Source: Candidatus Eiseniibacteriota bacterium (GTDB lineage: Bacteria > Eisenbacteria > RBG-16-71-46 > CAZEPH01). Taken from it: DNA of 48,261 nt. The notes under the pieces were generated by a model that saw only the letters and a list, made by a program, of their open reading frames with translations, did no database searches and was not told where the DNA came from. The translations under genes and the position numbers were made by a program. Shown here piece by piece: positions 19,022-26,984 of the stretch (position 1 is the first letter of the stretch; each line of letters opens with the position of its first letter). Location of the stretch: assembly GCA_044229145.1 (NCBI GenBank), contig JBGATO010000028.1, positions 1 through 48,261 on the forward strand, written 5' to 3'.

Positions 19022-20731
19022 ATGCACCGCATTCGCCGTGGCGCCGCGCTCGCGCTCGCCGCCGTCCTTGCCTCCGCTGCACTCACGCCGGGCGTTCGCG
19101 CCCAAGGGTGTCCAGTCGACTGGACCTTCACCTACCAGGGACAGTTGAAGAACGCCGGTGTGCCGCAGAACGGCACTGCCAATCTCACCTTCGCGATGTT
19201 CGACACCGCTGTCGGCGGCACGCAAGTCGGCGCGACCATCGTTCAGAACAATGTCCCGCTGACCGATGGCACATTCACCGTCAATCTCGACTTCACGCAG
19301 GGTGGCGTGGTGCCGGGGATCTTCGACGGCTGCAAGCGCTACCTCGAGATCACGGTGAACGGCACGCCGCTGTCGCCGCGGCAGTACATCACGACGGCAA
19401 CGCCTCATGCCGCTGTGGCCGATCTCCTGCATATGCCCTACGCCGAGACGACGGTAGTCGATGGCACGCCGGCGTTCTTGCTCACCAACCTCGGCACCGG
19501 GGCCGGGATGCAGATCACCTCGACGTCGGCAGACTCAGGTGCGGTTGCCATCTACGCCGAGGTGACCGATGCGACCCACAATTTGAACAACGCCGCCATC
19601 GAAGGCGTGTCGCACAGCACCGAGGGCGCCGGCGTCCTCGGCACCAACTTCGCGCAGAGCGGCTACGGTGTGTTCGGCAGCGTCACCGGCGCCGGCGGCT
19701 ATGGCGTTGCCGGTCTGTACGGCAACCTGACCGGGACCGGTTCGGCCATCGAAGGCACGTGTTTGTCGCCGAACGGCTGGGCGGGCTACTTCGCCGGCCG
19801 CGGTACGTTCGAGAAGGAAGTCGGCATCGGCATCCAGAACGCCGCCGCGCAACTCGACGTGCAGGGCAGCAAGAGCGGCATGGCGTTTCGCGTGAACGAC
19901 GATCTCTACGCCACCAGCGGTGGCTTCGTCGGCGTCGGCCGCAGCACTCCGATCACGAGCGCCGAAGTGTTCGGCGTCTCGTCTTCGACGAACATTCAGA
20001 ACAGCTACGGCGGTATGTATGTCGAGACGGCAGGACTCACGTCGCGACCGTTCTACGGCTACGCCACCGGCGGCACCACCAAGGCGTGGACCTACTTCGA
20101 CGGCACGACCGCGACCTGGCGGCTCAATCTCTCGAACACCGACCAGCTCACGCTCGACCCGCTGCACGGCCTCGGCGTCGGCCGCGCCGCCGCCAGCAAC
20201 AAGCTCGAGGTCGAAGGGAACGCCTCGAAGACGACCGCCGGCTCATGGCTCGCCAACTCGGACCGCCGCATCAAGAGCGACATCCGCACGGTCAGCAACG
20301 CTCTCGAGACGCTCGACCGCGTGCGCCTCGTCGACTTCGTCTACACGCCGGAGTACCGCGCCGCGCACCCGGGCCTCGACGGCCGCCGCTACCACAACGT
20401 GATCGCCCAGGAGTTCCGCGAGGTGTTCCCGGACTACGTGAAGTCGAGCGGCGAAAAGCTGCCGAACGGCGACGAGATCCTCCAGGTCGACACCTACCCG
20501 CTCACCATCTACAGCGCCGCGGCCGTGCAAGAACTCCACGCGCAGTTGAAGGCGAAGGACGCGGAGATTGCCGCGCTGCGCGCTCAGGTGGCACAGGCGA
20601 CGGGCGGCATGGCGTCGCTCACCGCGCGGCTCGCCGCGATGGAGACCGCGGTGGCGGCGATGGCGCAACAGCAGGCACCGAGCGTGCGCGCCGCGTCGGC
20701 GACGCTCGTCACCGCCGCGCAGGGAGAGTAG
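19022..20731 (+). CDS. Secreted fibre-like protein with N-terminal FTYQG domain and C-terminal peptidase S74 intramolecular chaperone
   Basis: AAGGAG RBS, signal peptide, FTYQGQL...LSPRQ and Gly-rich GVxG repeats. SDRRIK, IAQE..EVFPDYV and a C-terminal coiled coil mark the S74 domain. Confidence 0.85.
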   Translation: MHRIRRGAALALAAVLASAALTPGVRAQGCPVDWTFTYQGQLKNAGVPQNGTANLTFAMFDTAVGGTQVGATIVQNNVPLTDGTFTVNLDFTQGGVVPGIFDGCKRYLEITVNGTPLSPRQYITTATPHAAVADLLHMPYAETTVVDGTPAFLLTNLGTGAGMQITSTSADSGAVAIYAEVTDATHNLNNAAIEGVSHSTEGAGVLGTNFAQSGYGVFGSVTGAGGYGVAGLYGNLTGTGSAIEGTCLSPNGWAGYFAGRGTFEKEVGIGIQNAAAQLDVQGSKSGMAFRVNDDLYATSGGFVGVGRSTPITSAEVFGVSSSTNIQNSYGGMYVETAGLTSRPFYGYATGGTTKAWTYFDGTTATWRLNLSNTDQLTLDPLHGLGVGRAAASNKLEVEGNASKTTAGSWLANSDRRIKSDIRTVSNALETLDRVRLVDFVYTPEYRAAHPGLDGRRYHNVIAQEFREVFPDYVKSSGEKLPNGDEILQVDTYPLTIYSAAAVQELHAQLKAKDAEIAALRAQVAQATGGMASLTARLAAMETAVAAMAQQQAPSVRAASATLVTAAQGE

Positions 20732-20733
20732 CC

Positions 20734-21285
20734 ATGCGGCGAATCCTCTGCGGTCTGGTCCTCGCCTGCGCCGCGACCACGGCGGCAGCGCAGACTGGAG
20801 GACCGTTCGATCTGACCTGGAACACCATCGACGGTGGCGGCGGGCTGCTCGCGGGCGGGCTCTACACCCTCACTGGGACCGTCGGCCAGCACGACGCGGG
20901 CACGATGATCGGCGGTGCCTACACCCTCGCGGGCGGATTCTGGAAGGGCGGCGCGCCGCTCGGCACCACGGCCATCGGCGATGACATCGCGGCGAACGCC
21001 CTGCCGCGCGAATTCGCCGTTCACCCGGCGGGGCCGAATCCGTTCCGCAGCGCGACGGTGTTGCACTTCGACCTGCCGTCGCCGCGCGCGGTGGACGTGA
21101 CGATTTACGACGTGCGCGGCGGGCGGGTGCGGCAGCTCGTGCACGCCGAGCGCCCCGCCGGCCGCCACGCCCAACGGTGGGACGGGACCGACGACGCGGG
21201 ACGCCGCGCCGCGCCGGGTGTCTACCTCGCCCGCGTCACGGCGGGGGAGCAGCGCGCCGAGACGCGCATGCTGCGCATTCGCTAA
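20734..21285 (+). CDS. Small secreted Gly-rich protein (WNTIDGGGG domain) with C-terminal FlgD-Ig/T9SS-like domain
   Basis: Starts 2 nt after the upstream stop with a signal peptide. Reads LTWNTIDGGGG...LTGTVGQ.DAG...GGFW, then PNPF...IYDVRG..VR...WDGTD..G...PGVY. Confidence 0.8.
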   Translation: MRRILCGLVLACAATTAAAQTGGPFDLTWNTIDGGGGLLAGGLYTLTGTVGQHDAGTMIGGAYTLAGGFWKGGAPLGTTAIGDDIAANALPREFAVHPAGPNPFRSATVLHFDLPSPRAVDVTIYDVRGGRVRQLVHAERPAGRHAQRWDGTDDAGRRAAPGVYLARVTAGEQRAETRMLRIR

Positions 21286-21360
21286 ACCGGCGAGCGGGGA
21301 GGGGCACCATGCTCCTCCCCGTGCCGCGTGCGTTGACATTTGCCGCGGATTCCTGTTTGA

Positions 21361-21528
21361 CTCATCAGTAACGGTCGCCCAGCCCTCCCCCTGACGGCGA
21401 TCGCCGCGACGTTGACGGTGCAGCCGACGGAATCGATCATCCAGCCGGCGACGCAGTATGGCCCGTTGATCCTCGGCTACGACGGTACGACTCTGTCGAT
21501 CGTCAAGGGATCTTCCGGCTGGCAGTAG
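21361..21528 (+). pseudogene. 3' remnant of a lipoprotein gene paralogous to 21692..22099 and 32016..32420
   Basis: An open frame with no ATG encodes ...SIIQPATQYGPLILGYDGTTLSIVKGSSGWQ*. This matches SIIRPGGDRYGSLSLVYQGSDLTILPVEGWN* and SIVNGGTGEYGQINIASNGTSLDVICSSGWQ*. Confidence 0.55.
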
Positions 21529-21691
21529 CGAATGCGCGCGGCACGGCGCCGATCGGACCGACATGCCGGCCGCGCGGCAGCGTCGCGCGTCGACCCGTGG
21601 AAGGCCACCGGGTTTGGTATCCTCGATGAGCAGCCACGCCAGTCTCCCCGCAGCGTCGCGTGCCGCTCCACACCTGAAGGAGACCCCTCTT

Positions 21692-22099
21692 ATGCAATTC
21701 CGATCTGCGTTTGCGCGCGGAATCCCTGCCCGCGCGCTGGCGGTTGCAAGCCTGCTTGCCTTGTCGTTGCAGCTCGCGGCATGCACGCAGTCCTACCAAA
21801 TCCTGACCTGGATCTACAACGGCACTGCTGTTTCCCTCGACCTCGCGATCGTGACGGATGGCGGCAGTAGCACCATCACGATGACTCCTGGGCAGAACGC
21901 CCAGTTCGATTTCGCATCGGGCGCGAGCGGCGTCGCGCGCATCGAAGCACGTCTCGCCGGCACGTCCACGCTCTTGGTGGAATCCACGCTCACGGCGGAT
22001 GGCAGCATCATTCGACCGGGAGGTGACAGGTACGGGAGCCTGAGCCTCGTCTACCAGGGGTCCGATCTTACGATCCTGCCCGTGGAAGGCTGGAACTAG
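21692..22099 (+). CDS. Hypothetical lipoprotein (beta-sandwich, ends GWN)
   Basis: AAGGAG RBS, lipobox LAA-C and a beta-rich mature part. Confidence 0.7.
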   Translation: MQFRSAFARGIPARALAVASLLALSLQLAACTQSYQILTWIYNGTAVSLDLAIVTDGGSSTITMTPGQNAQFDFASGASGVARIEARLAGTSTLLVESTLTADGSIIRPGGDRYGSLSLVYQGSDLTILPVEGWN

Positions 22100-22136
22100 G
22101 CCTGCGGCGAGTCGTGTCAGTCTCGCACCAACGATA

Positions 22137-22168
22137 ACGCCCCCGAGGTCTCGCGGCCTCGGGGGCGT
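22137..22168. terminator. 12-bp hairpin between convergent genes
   Basis: ACGCCCCCGAGG-tctcgcgg-CCTCGGGGGCGT. Confidence 0.65.
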
Positions 22169-22183
22169 GTCGTCTGTAGCGGC

Positions 22184-25100
22184 TTACCGCGCGATGATCA
22201 GCGATCCCGCCGCTTCCTCACGGCCGACCGTGAGCCGGTAGATGTAGAACCCGCTCGCCGCGCGCTGCTGGCTCCCGTTGACGAATCCGTCCCACCGGAA
22301 GGTGTGCAACCCGGCGCCGAGGACGCGATCCACCGGCGTGGCCACCAGCCGGCCGGAGAGGTCGAACACGCGCAAGACCGTGCGCCCCTGTGCCGGCATC
22401 GACGCATAGAACCGTGCCGACCGCAGGTTCGGATCCCACATGCCCTTGATCGTCATGTGCGAGGGCAGCGGCGGTTCCTCGGTGCTGGTGATCGCCCGCG
22501 TGCCCTTGATGGTGCGCGCGCAGGTCATGCCCTGACCGTTCGACGGCGTGATGGTCACGATCACTTGGGTCGACTCGCCCTCGGCGACGCCGGTCGGGAT
22601 GCACAGGTACAGATCGCGCATCTGGCTCACGCACAGCGAACCCAGGGGTGCGAGCGTCGGGGACGCCAGCGAAATGCCGGTCGGATACGGCGTGCGGTTG
22701 CCCAGCGAGTCGATCGCGCACAACCAGCCCTTGGTGTCGCTCACCGTCACGGTGTACGAGCGCGCCGAGCCACAGTTGTTGTACCAGCAGACGCCGAGCG
22801 CCACGGCTTCGCCGGGACCGCCGGTGTAGTTCGGCGGACACGCGATGTGCGGTTTGCAGGTGAAGTCGGTGCCGGTCACCACCGTCGAGTACTCGGCCTG
22901 TCGCTGCACCGTGCAGCCATTCTTGGTCAGCAGGAACGACGCCGTGAACTTGTGCGGGCCCGCTGCCGCGGCGGCCGCCGGCACATCGACTTCCCACACG
23001 TGATTGCCGGCGATCTTGTCGCCGTGCGTGCCGTCGTCGTACAGCGTGTACGTCTCGAGCGCACCCGCGCCCGGCCGGTCGAGCGTGACGGTGGCGGTCA
23101 CCGCGTCCCAGCCGCCCGCCGGCACGTAGGTGCGTCCCATCCGGAAGCTGGCCTTGAGCGTCTGCCCGACCATGTAGCGCGGATACTGCGGGCTCGGGTC
23201 GATGCGGCCGTCGCCGCGCGTCAGGACGCTGTAGAAGAATTGCTGCGCGCCGCGCGTGCTGCCGTTGCCGACGATGGCGTTGCCGGCGGTGCCGGCGCTC
23301 GCCTGCACGATCCAATACTCGCGGGTCTGCGTGATGGTCAGGGTGCGGGAGAAGAATGTCGGATAGCCGCGATTCGTCAGCGTGAGCGTGCCCACCAACA
23401 GCCGGCCATCGCCGGTGAGCGTCGTGTAGTTGCTGGCGCCGCCGGTCGCGATGGCCACGCCGGCGCACGCGAGGATCGGATTCGCGGTGGTGGCCGGCAG
23501 GTAGAAGTCGGTGAGGATCGCTTTCTGCTGGCCGCCGCAGATCTTGTTCTGCAACGCGGCGTCGTACACTTGTGCCGCCGGGTTGAGCTGGCGGGCGAAC
23601 ACGATCAGGTCCCAGTTCTGCGCCAGCTTGGTGTTGAAGTCGGCGGCCGATGTCGCCGTCGTGTAGCCGGCGATCGCCCCGGCGGCGACCTCCGCGTCGA
23701 GCGCGTCCTTGTACGAGGACCACCCGGCGAGATTGCCGTCTTCGTAATAGAGCACGCTCGACATGCCGCGCGGGAACAGGCGGTGGATCTCGGTGCGCAC
23801 GAGGTTCTTGCCCGCAGTGCGGTCGACGTAGGCGTCGGTGGTGAATTCGTTGGTGTAGACGCGCTGCGGCCGCAGGATTTGCGCCGTCCACGTCCCCGCG
23901 CCTTCGCCGCGGTACGGCAGCGCGATGTGCTCGAAGTCCCAGTTGCGGCCGTTGCCGGCCTCGACGCCGGCGTCCGGCACGCGGACGAGATTGTTGCCGG
24001 GCGTGGTCACCAGCAGCGACAAGTCGATGCTGGCGAAGGCGCCGCTGAAATCGTAGCCGTCCACCACCGAGAGCTTGCTGTCGGAGCCGCACACCGTCAT
24101 CGGAATCGGCGCCGACGAGGCGAGGTTCGCCGGGATGACGTCGAGCGGATCCTCGGAGATCGCCGAGTCGTAGATCTGGCCGAAGCAGTCGACGAAGAAC
24201 TTCTGCAGCGTAATGCCGCTGACGCTCAAGTCCGGGTCGGCGATGAACACGCCGCCGTGGTCCTCGCACAGCGTGCGCAGCGCGTCCTCGTTGTCGGCCC
24301 AGTCGGTGCCGTAGCCGATGGCGCAGACGATCACTTCCGGCCCGATCGCGTCTTCGACATCGGCGATCATCGGCGCGATGTTCTCGAGGCCGTCGGTCAG
24401 CAGCAGGATCGCCTTGTGCGGGTTGGTGCCCACGTGCACCAGCGAGTCGGCGACCTCCAGCGCGCGGCCGATGCCGGTGCCGCCGCACGCCGTGAGGTTG
24501 TTGAGCGCGGTGTCGAACGCCGAGTCGTTCTGATTCGACGGATCGCCGACGATGCCGGCGGCCGGTGACAGGCCCATCGCGGTGACGGCCGCGTTCGAGA
24601 ACGCCACCAATCCGAGGCGGTGTTCGTCGGTGCTGCCCGGCCGGTCGTCCTGCAGGAGGTCGGCGAACATCTTGGCGGCATTGCGGGCGTCACTGAGCTT
24701 GCACGGCGTCGCCGTGATGTCGCTGGGCGCGCAGTCCCCGTTGCTGCCGGCGGGGCAGTTGTCGTTCATGCTGCCCGACTGGTCGATGACGATGGCGACA
24801 TCGGCCGCCTGCAGACGCTGCCAGTCGCGCGCGACATCGTCGATGTGCTGGTGGCTGGCCCAGAACGCCGGATCGCGCAGTGCGAAGCGGAAGCTGAAGA
24901 AGTCGCCGCAGTTGGTGATGGACGTATTGCGCGCGTTGGCGATCCCGATGTGCCCTTGATTGTGGTAGTTGCTGCACATCATCTCGGAGCCGATCGCGCC
25001 GATGTTGGAGAACAGCGCGAGGTTGGCGTCGCCTTGCATGCACGAGGGCAGCGGATCGCACGTCGTGCACAGGACGCCGGCGCTGCGGGTGATCGCGTTG

Positions 25101-25681
25101 GCCGGGCCGGTGGAACACTTGGTGAAGTTCGACGTGGTGTTCTCGTCGTCGCCCGGAATGACGCCCGTGGGTTCGGCGTCGAAGGGCTGGATGCGCGGCC
25201 CGGCGAGCGACTTGCGCCACAGTTCGTAGTCGAGCAACAGCTGGCGGTGGAAGGCGACGAAGTCGTTGCCCCACGCGTCCTCGGTCGCGTTCGACCCGTT
25301 GCACGCGAAGGCGGAGCTCGGCACGTTCGGCAGTTCGGCGCAGAAGAACGGATTCGCCTTGGTGCAGTGCCAGTTGCAGTGGAGGTCCATGATGTTCTGG
25401 GTCGCCGGCGCGCCGATGCCGCAGTTGAGCGGCGGCGCGTTGCACGTCCCGACCCACGGCAGCGGATTGTTGCCGGCGGTGCTGACGTAATTCCACGGCG
25501 AGTAGGCGAATCCGCCGTCGGCGTGCGCGACGGGCACCGGGGAGGTCGCCGCGAACAGGAGGATCAGATACGTCCAGACGCACGCGCGAAACGTACGCGT
25601 CCGGCGAAAGGCGGCGAGGGTGGCAAAGGCGCGCAAAGGCGTTGCACGGCGTGAGCGCGCCCGGTGGCCAGTCTTTGGCAT
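22184..25681 (-). CDS. Large secreted protein: type-3 copper (tyrosinase/hemocyanin-like) domain, vWA, choice-of-anchor-X-like motif and FlgD-Ig/T9SS-like CTD
   Basis: GGAGG RBS and a signal peptide ending AHA-D. Copper motifs HCNWH, GNDFVAFHRQ, YHNQGH and LRDPAFWASH. vWA MIDAS motifs IDQSGSM and LLTDG. Also LYDDGTHGD and the CTD VFDLSGRLV...WDG...SGFY. Confidence 0.8.
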   Translation of the reverse strand: MPKTGHRARSRRATPLRAFATLAAFRRTRTFRACVWTYLILLFAATSPVPVAHADGGFAYSPWNYVSTAGNNPLPWVGTCNAPPLNCGIGAPATQNIMDLHCNWHCTKANPFFCAELPNVPSSAFACNGSNATEDAWGNDFVAFHRQLLLDYELWRKSLAGPRIQPFDAEPTGVIPGDDENTTSNFTKCSTGPANAITRSAGVLCTTCDPLPSCMQGDANLALFSNIGAIGSEMMCSNYHNQGHIGIANARNTSITNCGDFFSFRFALRDPAFWASHQHIDDVARDWQRLQAADVAIVIDQSGSMNDNCPAGSNGDCAPSDITATPCKLSDARNAAKMFADLLQDDRPGSTDEHRLGLVAFSNAAVTAMGLSPAAGIVGDPSNQNDSAFDTALNNLTACGGTGIGRALEVADSLVHVGTNPHKAILLLTDGLENIAPMIADVEDAIGPEVIVCAIGYGTDWADNEDALRTLCEDHGGVFIADPDLSVSGITLQKFFVDCFGQIYDSAISEDPLDVIPANLASSAPIPMTVCGSDSKLSVVDGYDFSGAFASIDLSLLVTTPGNNLVRVPDAGVEAGNGRNWDFEHIALPYRGEGAGTWTAQILRPQRVYTNEFTTDAYVDRTAGKNLVRTEIHRLFPRGMSSVLYYEDGNLAGWSSYKDALDAEVAAGAIAGYTTATSAADFNTKLAQNWDLIVFARQLNPAAQVYDAALQNKICGGQQKAILTDFYLPATTANPILACAGVAIATGGASNYTTLTGDGRLLVGTLTLTNRGYPTFFSRTLTITQTREYWIVQASAGTAGNAIVGNGSTRGAQQFFYSVLTRGDGRIDPSPQYPRYMVGQTLKASFRMGRTYVPAGGWDAVTATVTLDRPGAGALETYTLYDDGTHGDKIAGNHVWEVDVPAAAAAAGPHKFTASFLLTKNGCTVQRQAEYSTVVTGTDFTCKPHIACPPNYTGGPGEAVALGVCWYNNCGSARSYTVTVSDTKGWLCAIDSLGNRTPYPTGISLASPTLAPLGSLCVSQMRDLYLCIPTGVAEGESTQVIVTITPSNGQGMTCARTIKGTRAITSTEEPPLPSHMTIKGMWDPNLRSARFYASMPAQGRTVLRVFDLSGRLVATPVDRVLGAGLHTFRWDGFVNGSQQRAASGFYIYRLTVGREEAAGSLIIAR

Positions 25682-26159
25682 GGCGACCTCCGGGAAGGGG
25701 GGAGCACTCGGGGTGGGGAGTGAGACCGCGCCGCTGGAGGCAGGAGCCGGATGTCATGGTCACGGCGGACGCAGATCACCAAAGTATCCCAAAGGCGTAT
25801 GGTGTCAAGCGACCGGGTCGCCGGTGGGCGACGGGAAACGCGCTCCGCCCGAGCAGTCCGGTGTCGCGGCATCTGATAACCCGCCAGTCATTTACGTCAC
25901 AAGCCGGCTTGGAACGGGTGGGAGTTGTTAAACTTCGCGCGATTCCATGGGAGTGCTTTCATTCCGCCCGGCGACCTGACATAATGATCAGTGCACGATT
26001 CTGCCGCGATGGTGCACCCACCCGTCCTCGCGAGCTGAGGCCTGTCCGTTCGCCCTCGCCAACAATCTGGCGAACCAGGCCACGCAGTGAACTCCCGATG
26101 TGTCCCGCCGAGGGATCGCATCTCGCTTCGTCAACACACATCTACGAGGGACTACACAC

Positions 26160-26855
26160 ATGAAGGCGCTTGCAACCGGGCTTCTCGTGGCTTCGGCTCT
26201 CGTCGCTGCGTCGGTGTCCTACGGCGCGGCTGGCGTGAAGATCAGCCAGGCATACGGCGGTGGCGGTGGCTCCACCGGCACCTATCTGCGTGACTACGTC
26301 GAGCTGTTCAACAGCTCGGGCAGCCCCGTGAACATCGGTGGCTGGACGATTCAGTACGGCTCGGCGACGGGCAACTGGGGCAGCTCGACCGGTAACATCT
26401 TCACGTTCCCGGTGGGCACCACCATCCAGCCGTGCCACTACCTGCTCGTCGAGTGCGGCGCGGCCGGTACGGCCGGCGGTTCGCTCCCGGTGCCGGCGGA
26501 CTTCTCGACCCCGACGACGGGCTTCAGCATGAGCGCGACGAGCGGCAAGGTCGCTCTGTTCAGCGCCGTGAACTCGAACGTCCCGTGCGGCTCGGAACTC
26601 GCCGGCACGCTGATGGACAAGGTTGCGTACGGCACGGCGAACTGCGCCGAGGGCACCGCGGTCGCGGCTCTGACCTCGACCTCGGGCGCCGTCCGTAACG
26701 GCGGTGGCACTGTCGACACCGATGTCAACTCGGCCGACTTCACCGTCGTCGTCGCTCCGGTGCCGCGTAACTCCGCGTCGCCGGCGAACCCGGGCTGCAG
26801 CACCACGCCGGTTCTCCCGGCCACCTGGGGTGCCCTGAAGTCGCTGTACCGCTAA
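26160..26855 (+). CDS. Secreted lamin-tail-domain protein with C-terminal TWG..K.LY tail
   Basis: Signal peptide, then ISQAYGGGG...DYVELFN...VNIGGWTIQY (LTD) and DTDVNSADF...PRNS. Ends CSTTPVLPATWGALKSLYR. Confidence 0.85.
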   Translation: MKALATGLLVASALVAASVSYGAAGVKISQAYGGGGGSTGTYLRDYVELFNSSGSPVNIGGWTIQYGSATGNWGSSTGNIFTFPVGTTIQPCHYLLVECGAAGTAGGSLPVPADFSTPTTGFSMSATSGKVALFSAVNSNVPCGSELAGTLMDKVAYGTANCAEGTAVAALTSTSGAVRNGGGTVDTDVNSADFTVVVAPVPRNSASPANPGCSTTPVLPATWGALKSLYR

Positions 26856-26883
26856 ACGTCTCGGCCGCCTGACGGCCAGACCG

Positions 26884-26920
26884 ACGCCCCGCCGGATCAC
26901 GTCCGGCGGGGCGTTTCGTT
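26884..26920 (+). terminator. Intrinsic terminator (GACGCCCCGCCGG family hairpin)
   Basis: ACGCCCCGCCGGA-tcacg-TCCGGCGGGGCGT followed by TTCGTT. Confidence 0.75.
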
Positions 26921-26984
26921 ACACGGCAGGTCCATGCGCGCCACGGACCCCCCGAGGCGCGGGCGCTTCGGCTACTCTCCGCGC

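Noticed and set aside
19022..20731. Prophage inferred from the S74 tail-fibre chaperone
   Set aside because: The protein has a Sec signal peptide and no other phage genes are present.
12481..25957. 14-nt match TCCATGGGAGTGCT at 12481 and ~25944
   Set aside because: One copy spans a start codon and RBS. With two short copies and no shared context, chance cannot be excluded.
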